Part shown: piece after piece, positions 54,393 through 63,949 of the stretch
Layout of the letters: each line of letters begins with the position of its first letter
Position numbering within the stretch: position 1 is the first letter of the stretch
Assembly (NCBI GenBank): GCA_044432745.1
Contig: JAWXUH010000001.1
Span: 114,760 to 178,759 of the forward strand
DNA length: 64,000 nt
Source: a bacterium
Lineage (GTDB): Bacteria > Bacillota_I > Bacilli_A > RF39 > UBA660
Reading direction: 5' to 3'
The notes under the pieces: generated by a model
What the model was told of the DNA's origin: nothing
The model's database searches: none
The model's input: only the letters and a program-made list of their open reading frames with translations
Translations under genes and position numbers: made by a program

Positions 54393-55520
54393 TTATCTTT
54401 TTCTTACTCTTACTCTTTCTTCTTGATATTTATTTTCTAATTCTTCTGAAAGAGACATAAATTTACCATTAAATTCATCTTCTTTATATAAATAATCTAT
54501 ATCTAGCACTACACACTTACCTCTACTTAATTCAGTTTTATTATTTTCTTCTAAACCATTATTTCTTTGGTCTATTTTAGTCATTTTACCTTTATAATAA
54601 CTATAATTAGGTTTAATTAATCTTCCTACATTAAAACTTTTTGCATCATTCCATATAATACCTTGATCTCTTAAATTAGAATATAATTCATATACTTCTG
54701 CACTTCTTATCTCTTTTGTATCAACGTATTCCTCTAATTCTACTATACCTATTTTTTCTCCTATAGAATTTTTTAATTCAAATCTAAAAAAAGGTTGTAG
54801 GATAAATTCGCTATTTGGTGAAATGAATTTCTCTTTTAATTTTCCAACTTTTAATATTTTTTCTCCTATTTGATATACTGTACAATATGCTCCTGTATTT
54901 AACATTTTTATATCTGAAAATTCTAACATCTCATCCTTTAGTATTTCTTCTAGTAATTTTGTAAAAAAATATACATTTATTTCATCTAAATCTTCTTTCT
55001 TAAAGTTATCATCATGTTTTTTTAGCGTAGGTAATATAAAATTCCTAACTACTTGTTCTTTGTTACTTTCGTAATATTCTGTCATATATTTTCTTATGTC
55101 ATTTAAATCTTTAAAACCAAAATTTAGTGAATTATCATTTAATATAAATATTTCTAAATTTTTATAGAAATATCCCATGTAATTAGAAGTTAATTCTAGT
55201 ATTTCTTCTTTTTTAAACTTCATTTTACCTATATATCTTAAGAAAAGATTATAACTAAAATAACTTTCCTCTTCTATTATTTTTTTACATATTAAATCAT
55301 GTTTGACATAGAAAAATTTCCTAAGTTCTTTGTATTCATACATAAATATAAAAAAATCATTTAATTCTTCTTTATCTAGAGAATCAATAATTAAATCAAT
55401 ATTTGTTTCTATTTCTTTTATTCTCTTTTTTTTAAAAAATTTTGATGCTACTATATACTCTCTTAAATTATATAAAAGTACATTATCTTTTTTTGCATTT
55501 ATTATTTCTTCCACTTTCAT
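54393..55520 (-). CDS. atypical protein-kinase-like (PKL) protein with unknown N-terminal helical domain
   Basis: 375 aa. C-terminal ~170 aa carries a Gly-loop-like NTGAYCTVYQI, a beta3 Lys ILKVGK, a catalytic loop IIWNDAKSFNVG (D-x-K-x-x-N) and a DFG-like VVLDIDYLY. The protein ends shortly after, with no activation-loop lobe. Confidence 0.45.
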   Translation of the reverse strand: MKVEEIINAKKDNVLLYNLREYIVASKFFKKKRIKEIETNIDLIIDSLDKEELNDFFIFMYEYKELRKFFYVKHDLICKKIIEEESYFSYNLFLRYIGKMKFKKEEILELTSNYMGYFYKNLEIFILNDNSLNFGFKDLNDIRKYMTEYYESNKEQVVRNFILPTLKKHDDNFKKEDLDEINVYFFTKLLEEILKDEMLEFSDIKMLNTGAYCTVYQIGEKILKVGKLKEKFISPNSEFILQPFFRFELKNSIGEKIGIVELEEYVDTKEIRSAEVYELYSNLRDQGIIWNDAKSFNVGRLIKPNYSYYKGKMTKIDQRNNGLEENNKTELSRGKCVVLDIDYLYKEDEFNGKFMSLSEELENKYQEERVRVRKR

Positions 55521-55638
55521 TTTTTTATTACACCCCTAATTGAAATGTTATTATACACTATTTCTGTAATTTTGCAACATTTTAGTAACAAAAATGTTAT
55601 TTTATATCAATTTAAAAAAATAGAATTACATCTATTTT

Positions 55639-56214
55639 TTAATAATTTATAAATTCTCTGATTTTTTTTTGAACTATATCTTTATCTTCCGAGTTATTCA
55701 AATCAAGTACATTTATGTTCTTGTAATTTCCCTTTATTTCATCACTCATTTGTTGATAAATTTCTTCTTGTTTCACGCTATTTTCTACTGAAAATGCAGC
55801 ATACTTAACATTTGCTTTATCTTCTCTTAATAGCCTTTTTTTGTAATCTTCTTTCTCATTTAAATATAAATTTATATAATAAATTTCAAAATCCAAATTA
55901 TTAAACTCTTTTAACAATTCTTCGTACACATCTGTAAAAATATAATCTTTCTTTCCTAATCTACAGTAATTTTCTTCTGTAAAAAATGTTCTATCAAAAA
56001 CTAAATTTATACTTTTATTTTCTAAACCTTTAGTATATCCCATTAAATGTTCATACATATCTTTTGCTTTTTGTTTACCTGTTGGTGTACTATCACTTGT
56101 TCCACTTAATCTGTATAAATTTGTTCCCGCTAGAGTATTTCTTAGAAAATCTGTTACTGTTGTTTTACCTACACCTTGCGGTCCTTCTACTATAATTAAT
56201 TTTGAATTTGCCAT
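55639..56214 (-). CDS. P-loop NTPase, small nucleoside/nucleotide-kinase-like protein
   Basis: 191 aa. Walker A IIVEGPQGVGKTT. A DR(T/S) motif VFDRTFFTE resembles deoxynucleoside kinases. Confidence 0.45.
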   Translation of the reverse strand: MANSKLIIVEGPQGVGKTTVTDFLRNTLAGTNLYRLSGTSDSTPTGKQKAKDMYEHLMGYTKGLENKSINLVFDRTFFTEENYCRLGKKDYIFTDVYEELLKEFNNLDFEIYYINLYLNEKEDYKKRLLREDKANVKYAAFSVENSVKQEEIYQQMSDEIKGNYKNINVLDLNNSEDKDIVQKKIREFINY

Positions 56215-56224
56215 TTTATTTCTC

Positions 56225-57448
56225 CTAAAAATTTATTGGGAAATTTGATGTTAATTCCACTACACTTTCACTTAATTCTTTTAAGATTTTTTCGTCATCT
56301 TTATTTTTTAATGCTTCTGATATAGCTGCTGCTACAAAATTAAATTCTTTAGTTGTAAATCCTCTTGTAGTCATTGCTGCTGTTCCTACTCTGATACCAC
56401 TTGTAACCATTGGAGAAAGTGGATCATTTGGTATAGTATTTTTATTTACCGTAATATGTATTGCATCAAGTACTGCTTCTGCTTCCTTTCCAGTTATTCC
56501 ATACGTAGTATATGTATCAATTAACATTAAATGATTATCTGTTCCAGAAGATACAATTTTAAAATTTTCTTTTTCTAAAGCTTTTGCAAATGAACTTGCA
56601 TTTTTAACTACGTTCTCTATATATGCTTTGAACTCAGGTTGAAGAGCTTCATAAAAACATTGTGCTTTTGCACCTATTACGTGCATTAAAGGTCCACCTT
56701 GTATACCAGGGAATACCATTTTATTTATTTTTGTCATTATTTCTTCATCATTTGATAAAATTAAACCACCTCTAGGACCTCTTAGCGTTTTATGAGTTGT
56801 ACTTGTTACTACATCTGCATATAAACAAGGATTCATATGTTCTCCTACTGCTACTAATCCAGCAATATGTGCCATATCAACCATTAATATAGCTCCACAT
56901 TCATTTGCTATATCTTTAAATTTTTTAAAATCTATTTTTCTAGAATAAGCTGATGCTCCTGCTATTATCATTTTTGGTTGTTCTTTTTTTGCTATTTCCA
57001 TTAATTTATCATAATCTATTAATTCTGTTTCTAAATTTATATCATATGATATTATTTCGTAATCTTGTCCACTAAAAGACATCCTATGTCCGTGTGTTAA
57101 ATGACCACCATTAGATAAATTCATTCCCATTACTTTATCACCATGATTAAGAAGCGCTCTATATACTGCCATATTTGCACTTGATCCACTATGCGGTTGA
57201 ACATTTGCATATTTAACATCAAATAATTTACAAGCATATTCTACTGCTAAATTTTCAATAATATCTATATATTCACATCCACCATAATATCTTTTTGATG
57301 AATATCCTTCAGCGTATTTGTTTGTTAATATACTACCTTGTAAATTAAGTACTTCATTTGAAACATAATTTTCAGATGCTATAAGTTCAATATTTTCACT
57401 TTGTCTTTTTGTTTCTAATTCTAATGCTTTTTTTATTTCTTTATCCAT
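56225..57448 (-). CDS. glyA: serine hydroxymethyltransferase
   Basis: 407 aa. PLP-binding region TTHKTLRGPRGG. Confidence 0.9.
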   Translation of the reverse strand: MDKEIKKALELETKRQSENIELIASENYVSNEVLNLQGSILTNKYAEGYSSKRYYGGCEYIDIIENLAVEYACKLFDVKYANVQPHSGSSANMAVYRALLNHGDKVMGMNLSNGGHLTHGHRMSFSGQDYEIISYDINLETELIDYDKLMEIAKKEQPKMIIAGASAYSRKIDFKKFKDIANECGAILMVDMAHIAGLVAVGEHMNPCLYADVVTSTTHKTLRGPRGGLILSNDEEIMTKINKMVFPGIQGGPLMHVIGAKAQCFYEALQPEFKAYIENVVKNASSFAKALEKENFKIVSSGTDNHLMLIDTYTTYGITGKEAEAVLDAIHITVNKNTIPNDPLSPMVTSGIRVGTAAMTTRGFTTKEFNFVAAAISEALKNKDDEKILKELSESVVELTSNFPINF

Positions 57449-57449
57449 T

Positions 57450-58280
57450 TTATTTCCTTCTTTCTATATGACACGTAAGTGTGTTTTCCATTATTGATGC
57501 TACTGTCATCGGCCCAACCCCACCAGGCACAGGTGTTATAAATGATGCTTTTTGACTAACAGATTCAAAGTCAACATCTCCACACATTCCATTATTTGTT
57601 CTGTTAATTCCAACATCTATAACAATAACGCCTTCATTAACCATATATCCTTTTAATAACTCAGGAATTCCACAAGCCATTACAATAATATCTGCGCGCT
57701 CGGTATACGTTCCTATAAAATCCGTTTTACTATGACATAAACTCACTGTTGCACCCCTATTTTCTAGTGCATGAAACAAAGGTTTTCCTACTAAATTACT
57801 TCTTCCTACTATACATACATTTTTTCCTGTTAAATCTATATCGTAATAATCAAATATTTTTATTATTCCCTTAACCGTACATGGTAATAAACCAGGTAAA
57901 TTCATATAATTATTATATACACTTTCCTTTGTTACTCCATCTATGTCTTTCTTAGGATCTAAATATGATATACATTTATTAAAATCTATTCCTTTTGGAA
58001 GAGGACTTTGAAGTATTATTCCGTCAATATCTTCATTATCATTTAGCTCTTTTATCAAATTTATTACTTCTTTTTCTGTTACATCTTTTAATTTGTGAAT
58101 TACACATTTAATTCCTACCAATTCGCAAGAAACCTTTTTTTTGTTTACATATATATCACTTGCATAATCATCCCCTACAACTATTATTGCTAATGTTACT
58201 TCGTATTTATTTTTCTTTATTACTTCACTAACATAATATAATGTCTCTTCTCCTATTTTTTTTCCATCAATTATTTCCAT
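57450..58280 (-). CDS. folD: bifunctional methylenetetrahydrofolate dehydrogenase/methenyl-THF cyclohydrolase
   Basis: 276 aa. Motifs IIDGKKIGEE..., GRSNLVGKP and PVPGGVGPMT. Confidence 0.9.
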   Translation of the reverse strand: MEIIDGKKIGEETLYYVSEVIKKNKYEVTLAIIVVGDDYASDIYVNKKKVSCELVGIKCVIHKLKDVTEKEVINLIKELNDNEDIDGIILQSPLPKGIDFNKCISYLDPKKDIDGVTKESVYNNYMNLPGLLPCTVKGIIKIFDYYDIDLTGKNVCIVGRSNLVGKPLFHALENRGATVSLCHSKTDFIGTYTERADIIVMACGIPELLKGYMVNEGVIVIDVGINRTNNGMCGDVDFESVSQKASFITPVPGGVGPMTVASIMENTLTCHIERRK

Positions 58281-59232
58281 CTATCTCATCCTTTTTCGTT
58301 ATTACTTTATTCACTTTTAATAAAGCTATTCTTCCTCTTAATGTTCTTCTTATATAATTTGACTGTATTAAAAACGGTTCTATTACATCTTCAATAGTCG
58401 ATATATCTTCATTCATAACTTTACTTATTGACTCTATACCAACTGGTCCACCTTTGAAGTTTATTACTAATACCTCTAAATAAAATATATCTAGTGCATT
58501 TAATCCATTTTTATTTACTTCTAATTTTTTTAATGAATCTCTAACTAATATTGGAGTTATTTTGTTTTGATTATTTACACATGCATAATCTCTTATTCTT
58601 TTTAATAAATTATTTGCTATTCTAGGTGTTTTCCTACTACTTAAAGCTATTATTTTTTCTGCATTTTCTACTATATCAATACCTAAAACATCGCTGGTTC
58701 TTAGTATAATATTACCTAATTCGTCATTATTATAGAAATTAAATTTAAATGTAATTGCAAATCTACTTCTAAGCGGTGATGTTAAATTACCTATCTTTGT
58801 GGTAGCACCTATCAATGTAAATGGTGGTAAATCTATTTTTATAGATTTACTTTTTCCTTCATTTGAAATTATTATGTCAAACTCATAATCTTCTAATGCA
58901 GGATATAACATTTCTTCTATAAATTTAGGTATCCTATGTATTTCATCTATAAATAATATGTCACCTTCTTCCAGTGCACTTAGTACTGCCGCTAGATCTC
59001 CTATTTTTTCAAAACTAGGACCACTACAAACTTTTATATTTGTATTCATTTCATTTGCTATTATATGTGCAAGTGTTGTTTTGCCAAGACCTGGAGGTCC
59101 ATATAAAAGTATATGATCTAAACACTCATCTCTCATTTTTGCAGCTTTAATAAAGACTGATAAATTTTCCTTTATTGTATTTTGTCCTATATAATCATCA
59201 ATATTGATTGGCCTTATATTCTTATCGTTCAT
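58267..59232 (-). CDS. ruvB: Holliday junction branch migration ATPase RuvB
   Basis: 321 aa. Walker A GPPGLGKTTLA and Walker B ILFIDEIHR. Overlaps folD by 14 nt. Confidence 0.9.
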   Translation of the reverse strand: MNDKNIRPINIDDYIGQNTIKENLSVFIKAAKMRDECLDHILLYGPPGLGKTTLAHIIANEMNTNIKVCSGPSFEKIGDLAAVLSALEEGDILFIDEIHRIPKFIEEMLYPALEDYEFDIIISNEGKSKSIKIDLPPFTLIGATTKIGNLTSPLRSRFAITFKFNFYNNDELGNIILRTSDVLGIDIVENAEKIIALSSRKTPRIANNLLKRIRDYACVNNQNKITPILVRDSLKKLEVNKNGLNALDIFYLEVLVINFKGGPVGIESISKVMNEDISTIEDVIEPFLIQSNYIRRTLRGRIALLKVNKVITKKDEIDGNN

Positions 59233-59468
59233 ACACGAAAATCCTTTCTTTCAAAACCTTCCTATACTAATCAATAATATTTTCAAACCTTCAACATATT
59301 TAAATTATATACAAATAAATTAAAAGTTGCAAGCTTATCTACCATTTTTTATTTTTATTTTTTTACTACTGAATTTGTATACATTTTTTTAAAACAAATG
59401 TATCATTCTTGACATATTGTATTTTTTATGATACAATAATATCAGTTTATTATGAGGGGGAAATAATA

Positions 59469-60296
59469 ATGAATAAAAAAATAAATAAAAATTTAATTAA
59501 TGGTGTGTTACTTACTACTTGTTGTGCTACTGTTTTATCAGTATCTAAATTTAATGATTTAAAAGATACTAATATAACTACTATTAAAGACGAGTCTATT
59601 GTTACGAAAAGTAATGCTAACTTAATGTCTTTTGAACAAGAAACAATTAATGAAATAGCTAAGGTATATAATTTAGATTATAATATAGTGTATTCTATTA
59701 TAAGTAAATCTACTAATAACTTTAACGATGAAACATATATTAATAATAATATAATTCCTTTAGGATTACAGTGTAATACTTATGATTTAGGTAATAAAGC
59801 TGCTGCTATTATGGATGCAGTGAAAAATATTTATTTATATCCAGAAGCTTTTGGTTATACTTTAGAAGAAATAACTACTAAAGATAAATTTGTTAGTGAA
59901 TTATCTCAATCAGAACAAATAAAAAAATATAGTGAAATGACTAATACAGATCATTTAACTGCTCAAACTTTAACACAATATTATACTAATATTGATTCTA
60001 CTACATTTACTGAAAAAAACAATGTTCTAGGATTTGTTCAATCAGAAATTGTTGAGGATAAAAATGGAAATTTATCTTTAAGTACTGATGTTATAACTTA
60101 TCCATCAAGTGAAGCTGGTTTTATTGATTTAAGTTTATATTTACTAGAAAATAATATTAATGGGAATTATAGTTTCGAAGAATTAGAAATGAATCTTCCT
60201 ATTAACTCTAACGTTGATTTAAATTTATCACCAGTTGATGAATTAAATAATATTTATTCTGAATTAAGTGAAAAAGAAAATAATAATATTAGATAA
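59469..60296 (+). CDS. hypothetical secreted/membrane-anchored protein
   Basis: Start at the ATG (MNKKINKNLINGVLLTTCCATVLSVS) preceded by GAGGGGG; the ORF track begins at 59409. N-terminal signal/anchor; Asn/Ser/Thr-rich mature part. Confidence 0.4.
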   Translation: MNKKINKNLINGVLLTTCCATVLSVSKFNDLKDTNITTIKDESIVTKSNANLMSFEQETINEIAKVYNLDYNIVYSIISKSTNNFNDETYINNNIIPLGLQCNTYDLGNKAAAIMDAVKNIYLYPEAFGYTLEEITTKDKFVSELSQSEQIKKYSEMTNTDHLTAQTLTQYYTNIDSTTFTEKNNVLGFVQSEIVEDKNGNLSLSTDVITYPSSEAGFIDLSLYLLENNINGNYSFEELEMNLPINSNVDLNLSPVDELNNIYSELSEKENNNIR

Positions 60297-60379
60297 TAAT
60301 ATTTAAAACAAAAAAAGAATGCTACTTATAATATATAGGAAACATTCTTTTTTACTTTTTTATATTTAATAAGCAAATT

Positions 60380-60417
60380 AAAAACTGCATTCTATTATAT
60401 AGACATACAGTTTTTTT
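60380..60417. terminator. bidirectional terminator between the convergent secreted-protein gene and cotJC
   Basis: aaaaactg...(inner tctat-ata-ataga)...cagttttttt is a nested hairpin flanked by A and T tracts. Confidence 0.4.
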
Positions 60418-60425
60418 ATAATATT

Positions 60426-60983
60426 TTAATATCCCTTTGTTTTATATATATTATATAACTCTTCGAATCTATTGAAATGCACGACTTCTCTTTGTCTTAA
60501 AAATAATAATACATTTATTAGATCCTCATCTTCTGTAAGCTCAATTAAATTTTCATATGTTACTCTAGCCTTAGATTCAGCTGCCATATCTTCAACTAAA
60601 TCAGCTATAGGGTCACCTGTAACTTGAAAATATGCTGCTGTAAATGGTGAACCTGATGCATCAACCGGAAAAATACCTTTTCTATGATCTGTAAAATATC
60701 CAGAAAGTCCTGCTTCTTTTATTTCATCTTTTGTTGCTCCAGATAATAACTGATGAATCATTGTAGATATCATTTCAACATGTCCTAACTCTTCTGTTGC
60801 TATATCATTTAAAAGCGCTCTTCCTCTATCACATGGCATTGTATATTTTTGAGAAAAATATCTAAGCGCTGCTCCTAATTCTCCATTTGCTCCACCTAAC
60901 TGAGATAATAAGCATTTAGCCATATTAACATCTTTTTTCTTTATATCTACTGGAAATGATAAAATCTTTTGATATTTATACAT
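60426..60983 (-). CDS. cotJC: spore coat protein CotJC (manganese catalase family, ferritin-like)
   Basis: Start at the ATG (MYKYQKIL) with RBS GGAGGA; the ORF track extends to 61010. Mn-catalase/CotJC motifs ...ATEELGHVEMISTMI.... Confidence 0.8.
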   Translation of the reverse strand: MYKYQKILSFPVDIKKKDVNMAKCLLSQLGGANGELGAALRYFSQKYTMPCDRGRALLNDIATEELGHVEMISTMIHQLLSGATKDEIKEAGLSGYFTDHRKGIFPVDASGSPFTAAYFQVTGDPIADLVEDMAAESKARVTYENLIELTEDEDLINVLLFLRQREVVHFNRFEELYNIYKTKGY

Positions 60984-61398
60984 ATTTAGAATCCTCCTTT
61001 TCCCAAGCATTATTGCCTAACCATAAATTCTTATCAAACACATTTTCACATACCTCAAGTGGTCCATAATTTTTTACGTAATCTTCTTCACATTTTATTA
61101 ATTTATGTATATACTCTTTTAATATATTAAAAACTTTTTCATCATCAGGATGGATATCTAACCATAAATTCAAATCGTTTATAGCAAAATTCAACTCCAT
61201 TATTCTATAAAGTTTGGCATTTTTTTCACAAGTAGTTCTAGGCATCTTAGGTCTATACTCTTTATATTTTGAATATTCTTTTTCAAACATATTACCTTTC
61301 ACAAATCCAGTAGTTGAATCATACAACTCATTTGTACTTTCTTTTTCTTCACTTAATCCCATAAATGATAGAAAATTAAAATCATTTTCAAATAACAT
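60976..61398 (-). CDS. cotJB: spore coat protein CotJB with N-terminal CotJA-like segment (apparent CotJA-CotJB fusion)
   Basis: 140 aa. The C-terminal half matches CotJB (ELNFAINDLNLWLDIHPDDEKV...YGPLEV). The N-terminal part has a CotJA-like G(T/N)(L/M)F...Y..Y segment (GNMFEKEYSKYKEY). 8-nt overlap with cotJC. Confidence 0.6.
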   Translation of the reverse strand: MLFENDFNFLSFMGLSEEKESTNELYDSTTGFVKGNMFEKEYSKYKEYRPKMPRTTCEKNAKLYRIMELNFAINDLNLWLDIHPDDEKVFNILKEYIHKLIKCEEDYVKNYGPLEVCENVFDKNLWLGNNAWEKEDSKYV

Positions 61399-61418
61399 TT
61401 TTATTTCCTCCTACAAAT

Positions 61419-61455
61419 AAAGTATGTTACTAGATTTTTTAATGAAGTACTTTCA
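61419..61455 (-). promoter_or_regulatory. candidate mother-cell sporulation (sigma-E/sigma-K-type) promoter of the cotJ operon
   Basis: Minus-strand CATACTTT lies ~20 nt upstream of RBS GGAGGAA and resembles the sigma-E/K -10 CATAC/CATA---TA. An upstream TTCATTA is a weak -35-like element. Confidence 0.25.
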
Positions 61456-61533
61456 CCCATATAATAAAAATATGTTTTTTTTCTAGTTTTTTTAGTTTTT
61501 TTCTAGTATAATCATTTATAGGGTGAATTATAT

Positions 61534-63867
61534 ATGGCAAAAAAGAAAAAATCAAAAAATAGTAAAGGAGCCGTTACATACAACATTGAATTAACTGGAC
61601 TTATACTTATATTAATAGGTATTTTAGGATTTGGATTTGGTGTTGCAGGTACTTTATTTAAAAAATTCTCTTTATTTTTAGGTGGAAGTTATTGGTTTTT
61701 ATTATTAATAGCACTACTTTATATAGGTAGTTATATGTTAGTAAAAAGAAGTACTCCAGAATTTGCTTCCTCTAGATTAATAGGATTTTATATAGTGTTA
61801 GTAGTCGTACTTTCTAGTGCACACTATGAAATACTTGCTCAGGAAGTAGATGTTAATAACATATTTATGACAACTTATGATAACTATGTTAAAAGAATGA
61901 ATACAATAAATTCTAATAATGCACTAGGTTTTAGCGGTACTGGTGACATTGGTGGTGGTTTGATTGGATGTATATTTATATCAATATTTGGATTTATTGG
62001 TGGTGTTATCGGTTCTAAAATAATACTATTTATATTATTTATATTTGGTACTGTTTTATTATTTGATTTAAATATTTCTGAAATATTAGAAAACTTCTTT
62101 GTTAGACTTAAAAATACATTTGCATTCTTAAAACCAAGCGGAGAAAGTACTCGTGGTAAAGAAAAAGTTAAGGTTATTAAAAAAGAAGAAATTATTGAAG
62201 AACCTATCGAAGATGAACAAACTAATTTTGAAGAAGATTACAACGATTATCCTGCTCCTATTCCTGTTGAAGAAGTAGAAGAAAAGATTATTGTATCTTC
62301 TATTGACGATATTAAAAATCGCAAGCCAGAAGTATCTCAAATAAATGAAGCTTATGATGAAGAATCTTTTTCTTCAGAAGAAGAATATAATAATAGTGAA
62401 ATTGAACAAAAAGAAGAAGAAATTATTGATGAAACTGGATACAAACTTCCTACTGCGTCTATTTTAAATCCAGTACAAATTAAAAAAACTACATCTGCTA
62501 ACAATGCAGAAATTAATAACAAGAAAAAATTACTTAAAGGAGTATGCTCTGATTTTGGTTTAAATATAACAATTAAATCAACGAATGTTGCTCCCGCTGT
62601 TACTCAATTTGAAGTAACTGTTCCTCAAGGTACTAAAGTAAATAAAATTGTAAGTATTAATAAAGAAATAGCACTTGCTATGGCAGCAAAAGATGTTCGT
62701 ATACAAGCTCCTATTCCAGGAAAAAGTACTATAGGTATTGAAATACCAAATGATAGTATTACTGCTGTTGGATTTAGAGAAGTACTCGAAGATGAAATAG
62801 GAAAACATGATGATAAATTATTTGTAGCTTTAGGTAGAGATTTAATGGGTAAATGCGTTGTAGAAGATTTAACTAAAACTCCCCATTTACTTGTTGCAGG
62901 TTCTACTGGTTCTGGTAAATCAGTATGTATTAATACAATGATTATCTCAATACTTATGCGTTACAAACCAAGTGAAGTTAGACTTGTTATGGTGGATCCA
63001 AAAAAAGTTGAACTTACAAATTATAATGGTATTCCTCACCTACTATGTCCTGTAGTAAGTGATCCTAAAAAAGCAAGTTTAACACTTCAAAAAATAGTTT
63101 CTGAAATGGAAAAAAGATATGATACATTTAGTGATAATGTAGTTAAAAATATTAGTGGTTACAATGAAATGATTGATAAACACAATAAGAAAAATCCTGA
63201 TAATATTCAACCTAGAATGCCTTATATTCTAGTAATAATAGATGAACTTGCAGACTTGATGCTTGTTGCTTCTAAGGAAGTTGAAGATTCAATTGCTAGA
63301 ATTACACAAATGGCACGTGCTGCAGGTATACATTTAATTGTTGCAACACAAAGACCTTCTACTGATGTAATTACAGGTTTAATTAAAAATAATATACCTT
63401 CTAGAATAGCTTTCTCAGTGTCTTCTGCAATAGATTCTAGAACTATACTTGATTCATCTGGTGCAGAAAAACTACTTGGTAAAGGAGATATGCTTTATCT
63501 TCCAATGGGAGAAAGTACTTCAAGACGTGTTCAAGGATGTTTTATATCAGATGATGAAATTAAAAATGTTATTGATCACTGTAAAAATCAAATGAGTGCT
63601 AAATATGATGAAACACTTGTTTCAGCTGAACCTGTTATTAGTGCAAGTGGTACTGGTAATAGCGAAGGTGGAGATGATCCAATGTATGATGAAATTGTTG
63701 ATTTTGCTATGGAAACTGGTAAAATTAGTGCTTCTTTAATACAAAGAAGATTTAGATTTGGTTATAATAGAGCTGCAAGAATGATGGATTTATTAGAATC
63801 TAGAGGCATTGTTGGAGAACAGAACGGTTCAAAACCTCGTGAAGTAATTAAAAGAAATGAAGAATAA
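61534..63867 (+). CDS. ftsK: DNA translocase FtsK/SpoIIIE
   Basis: 777 aa. N-terminal TM helices and an acidic linker. Motor domain with Walker A GSTGSGKS and Walker B VIIDELAD. C-terminal gamma winged-helix ASLIQRRFRFGYNRAARMMD. Confidence 0.9.
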   Translation: MAKKKKSKNSKGAVTYNIELTGLILILIGILGFGFGVAGTLFKKFSLFLGGSYWFLLLIALLYIGSYMLVKRSTPEFASSRLIGFYIVLVVVLSSAHYEILAQEVDVNNIFMTTYDNYVKRMNTINSNNALGFSGTGDIGGGLIGCIFISIFGFIGGVIGSKIILFILFIFGTVLLFDLNISEILENFFVRLKNTFAFLKPSGESTRGKEKVKVIKKEEIIEEPIEDEQTNFEEDYNDYPAPIPVEEVEEKIIVSSIDDIKNRKPEVSQINEAYDEESFSSEEEYNNSEIEQKEEEIIDETGYKLPTASILNPVQIKKTTSANNAEINNKKKLLKGVCSDFGLNITIKSTNVAPAVTQFEVTVPQGTKVNKIVSINKEIALAMAAKDVRIQAPIPGKSTIGIEIPNDSITAVGFREVLEDEIGKHDDKLFVALGRDLMGKCVVEDLTKTPHLLVAGSTGSGKSVCINTMIISILMRYKPSEVRLVMVDPKKVELTNYNGIPHLLCPVVSDPKKASLTLQKIVSEMEKRYDTFSDNVVKNISGYNEMIDKHNKKNPDNIQPRMPYILVIIDELADLMLVASKEVEDSIARITQMARAAGIHLIVATQRPSTDVITGLIKNNIPSRIAFSVSSAIDSRTILDSSGAEKLLGKGDMLYLPMGESTSRRVQGCFISDDEIKNVIDHCKNQMSAKYDETLVSAEPVISASGTGNSEGGDDPMYDEIVDFAMETGKISASLIQRRFRFGYNRAARMMDLLESRGIVGEQNGSKPREVIKRNEE

Positions 63868-63949
63868 GAATTTATTTCTTTTTTTTTTGAATAACTATTC
63901 TTTATAATTAAATAATGTGATACAATTATATTGAAAGGTGAATTAATTA

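Noticed and set aside
61399-61533. Strand-polarity switch (minus-strand genes to the left, plus-strand ftsK to the right) as a possible replication origin.
   Set aside because: There is no dnaA, no DnaA-box clusters and no other origin-proximal genes. Several other plus-strand genes occur earlier in the window. The divergent cotJ/ftsK promoters explain the arrangement.
63881-63890. Homopolymeric T10/A9 tracts (also at 10572-10580, 12821-12829 and 27021-27028) as candidate phase-variation slippage sites.
   Set aside because: They lie in terminators/intergenic A/T runs typical of an AT-rich genome, not inside coding regions or promoter spacers of surface genes.
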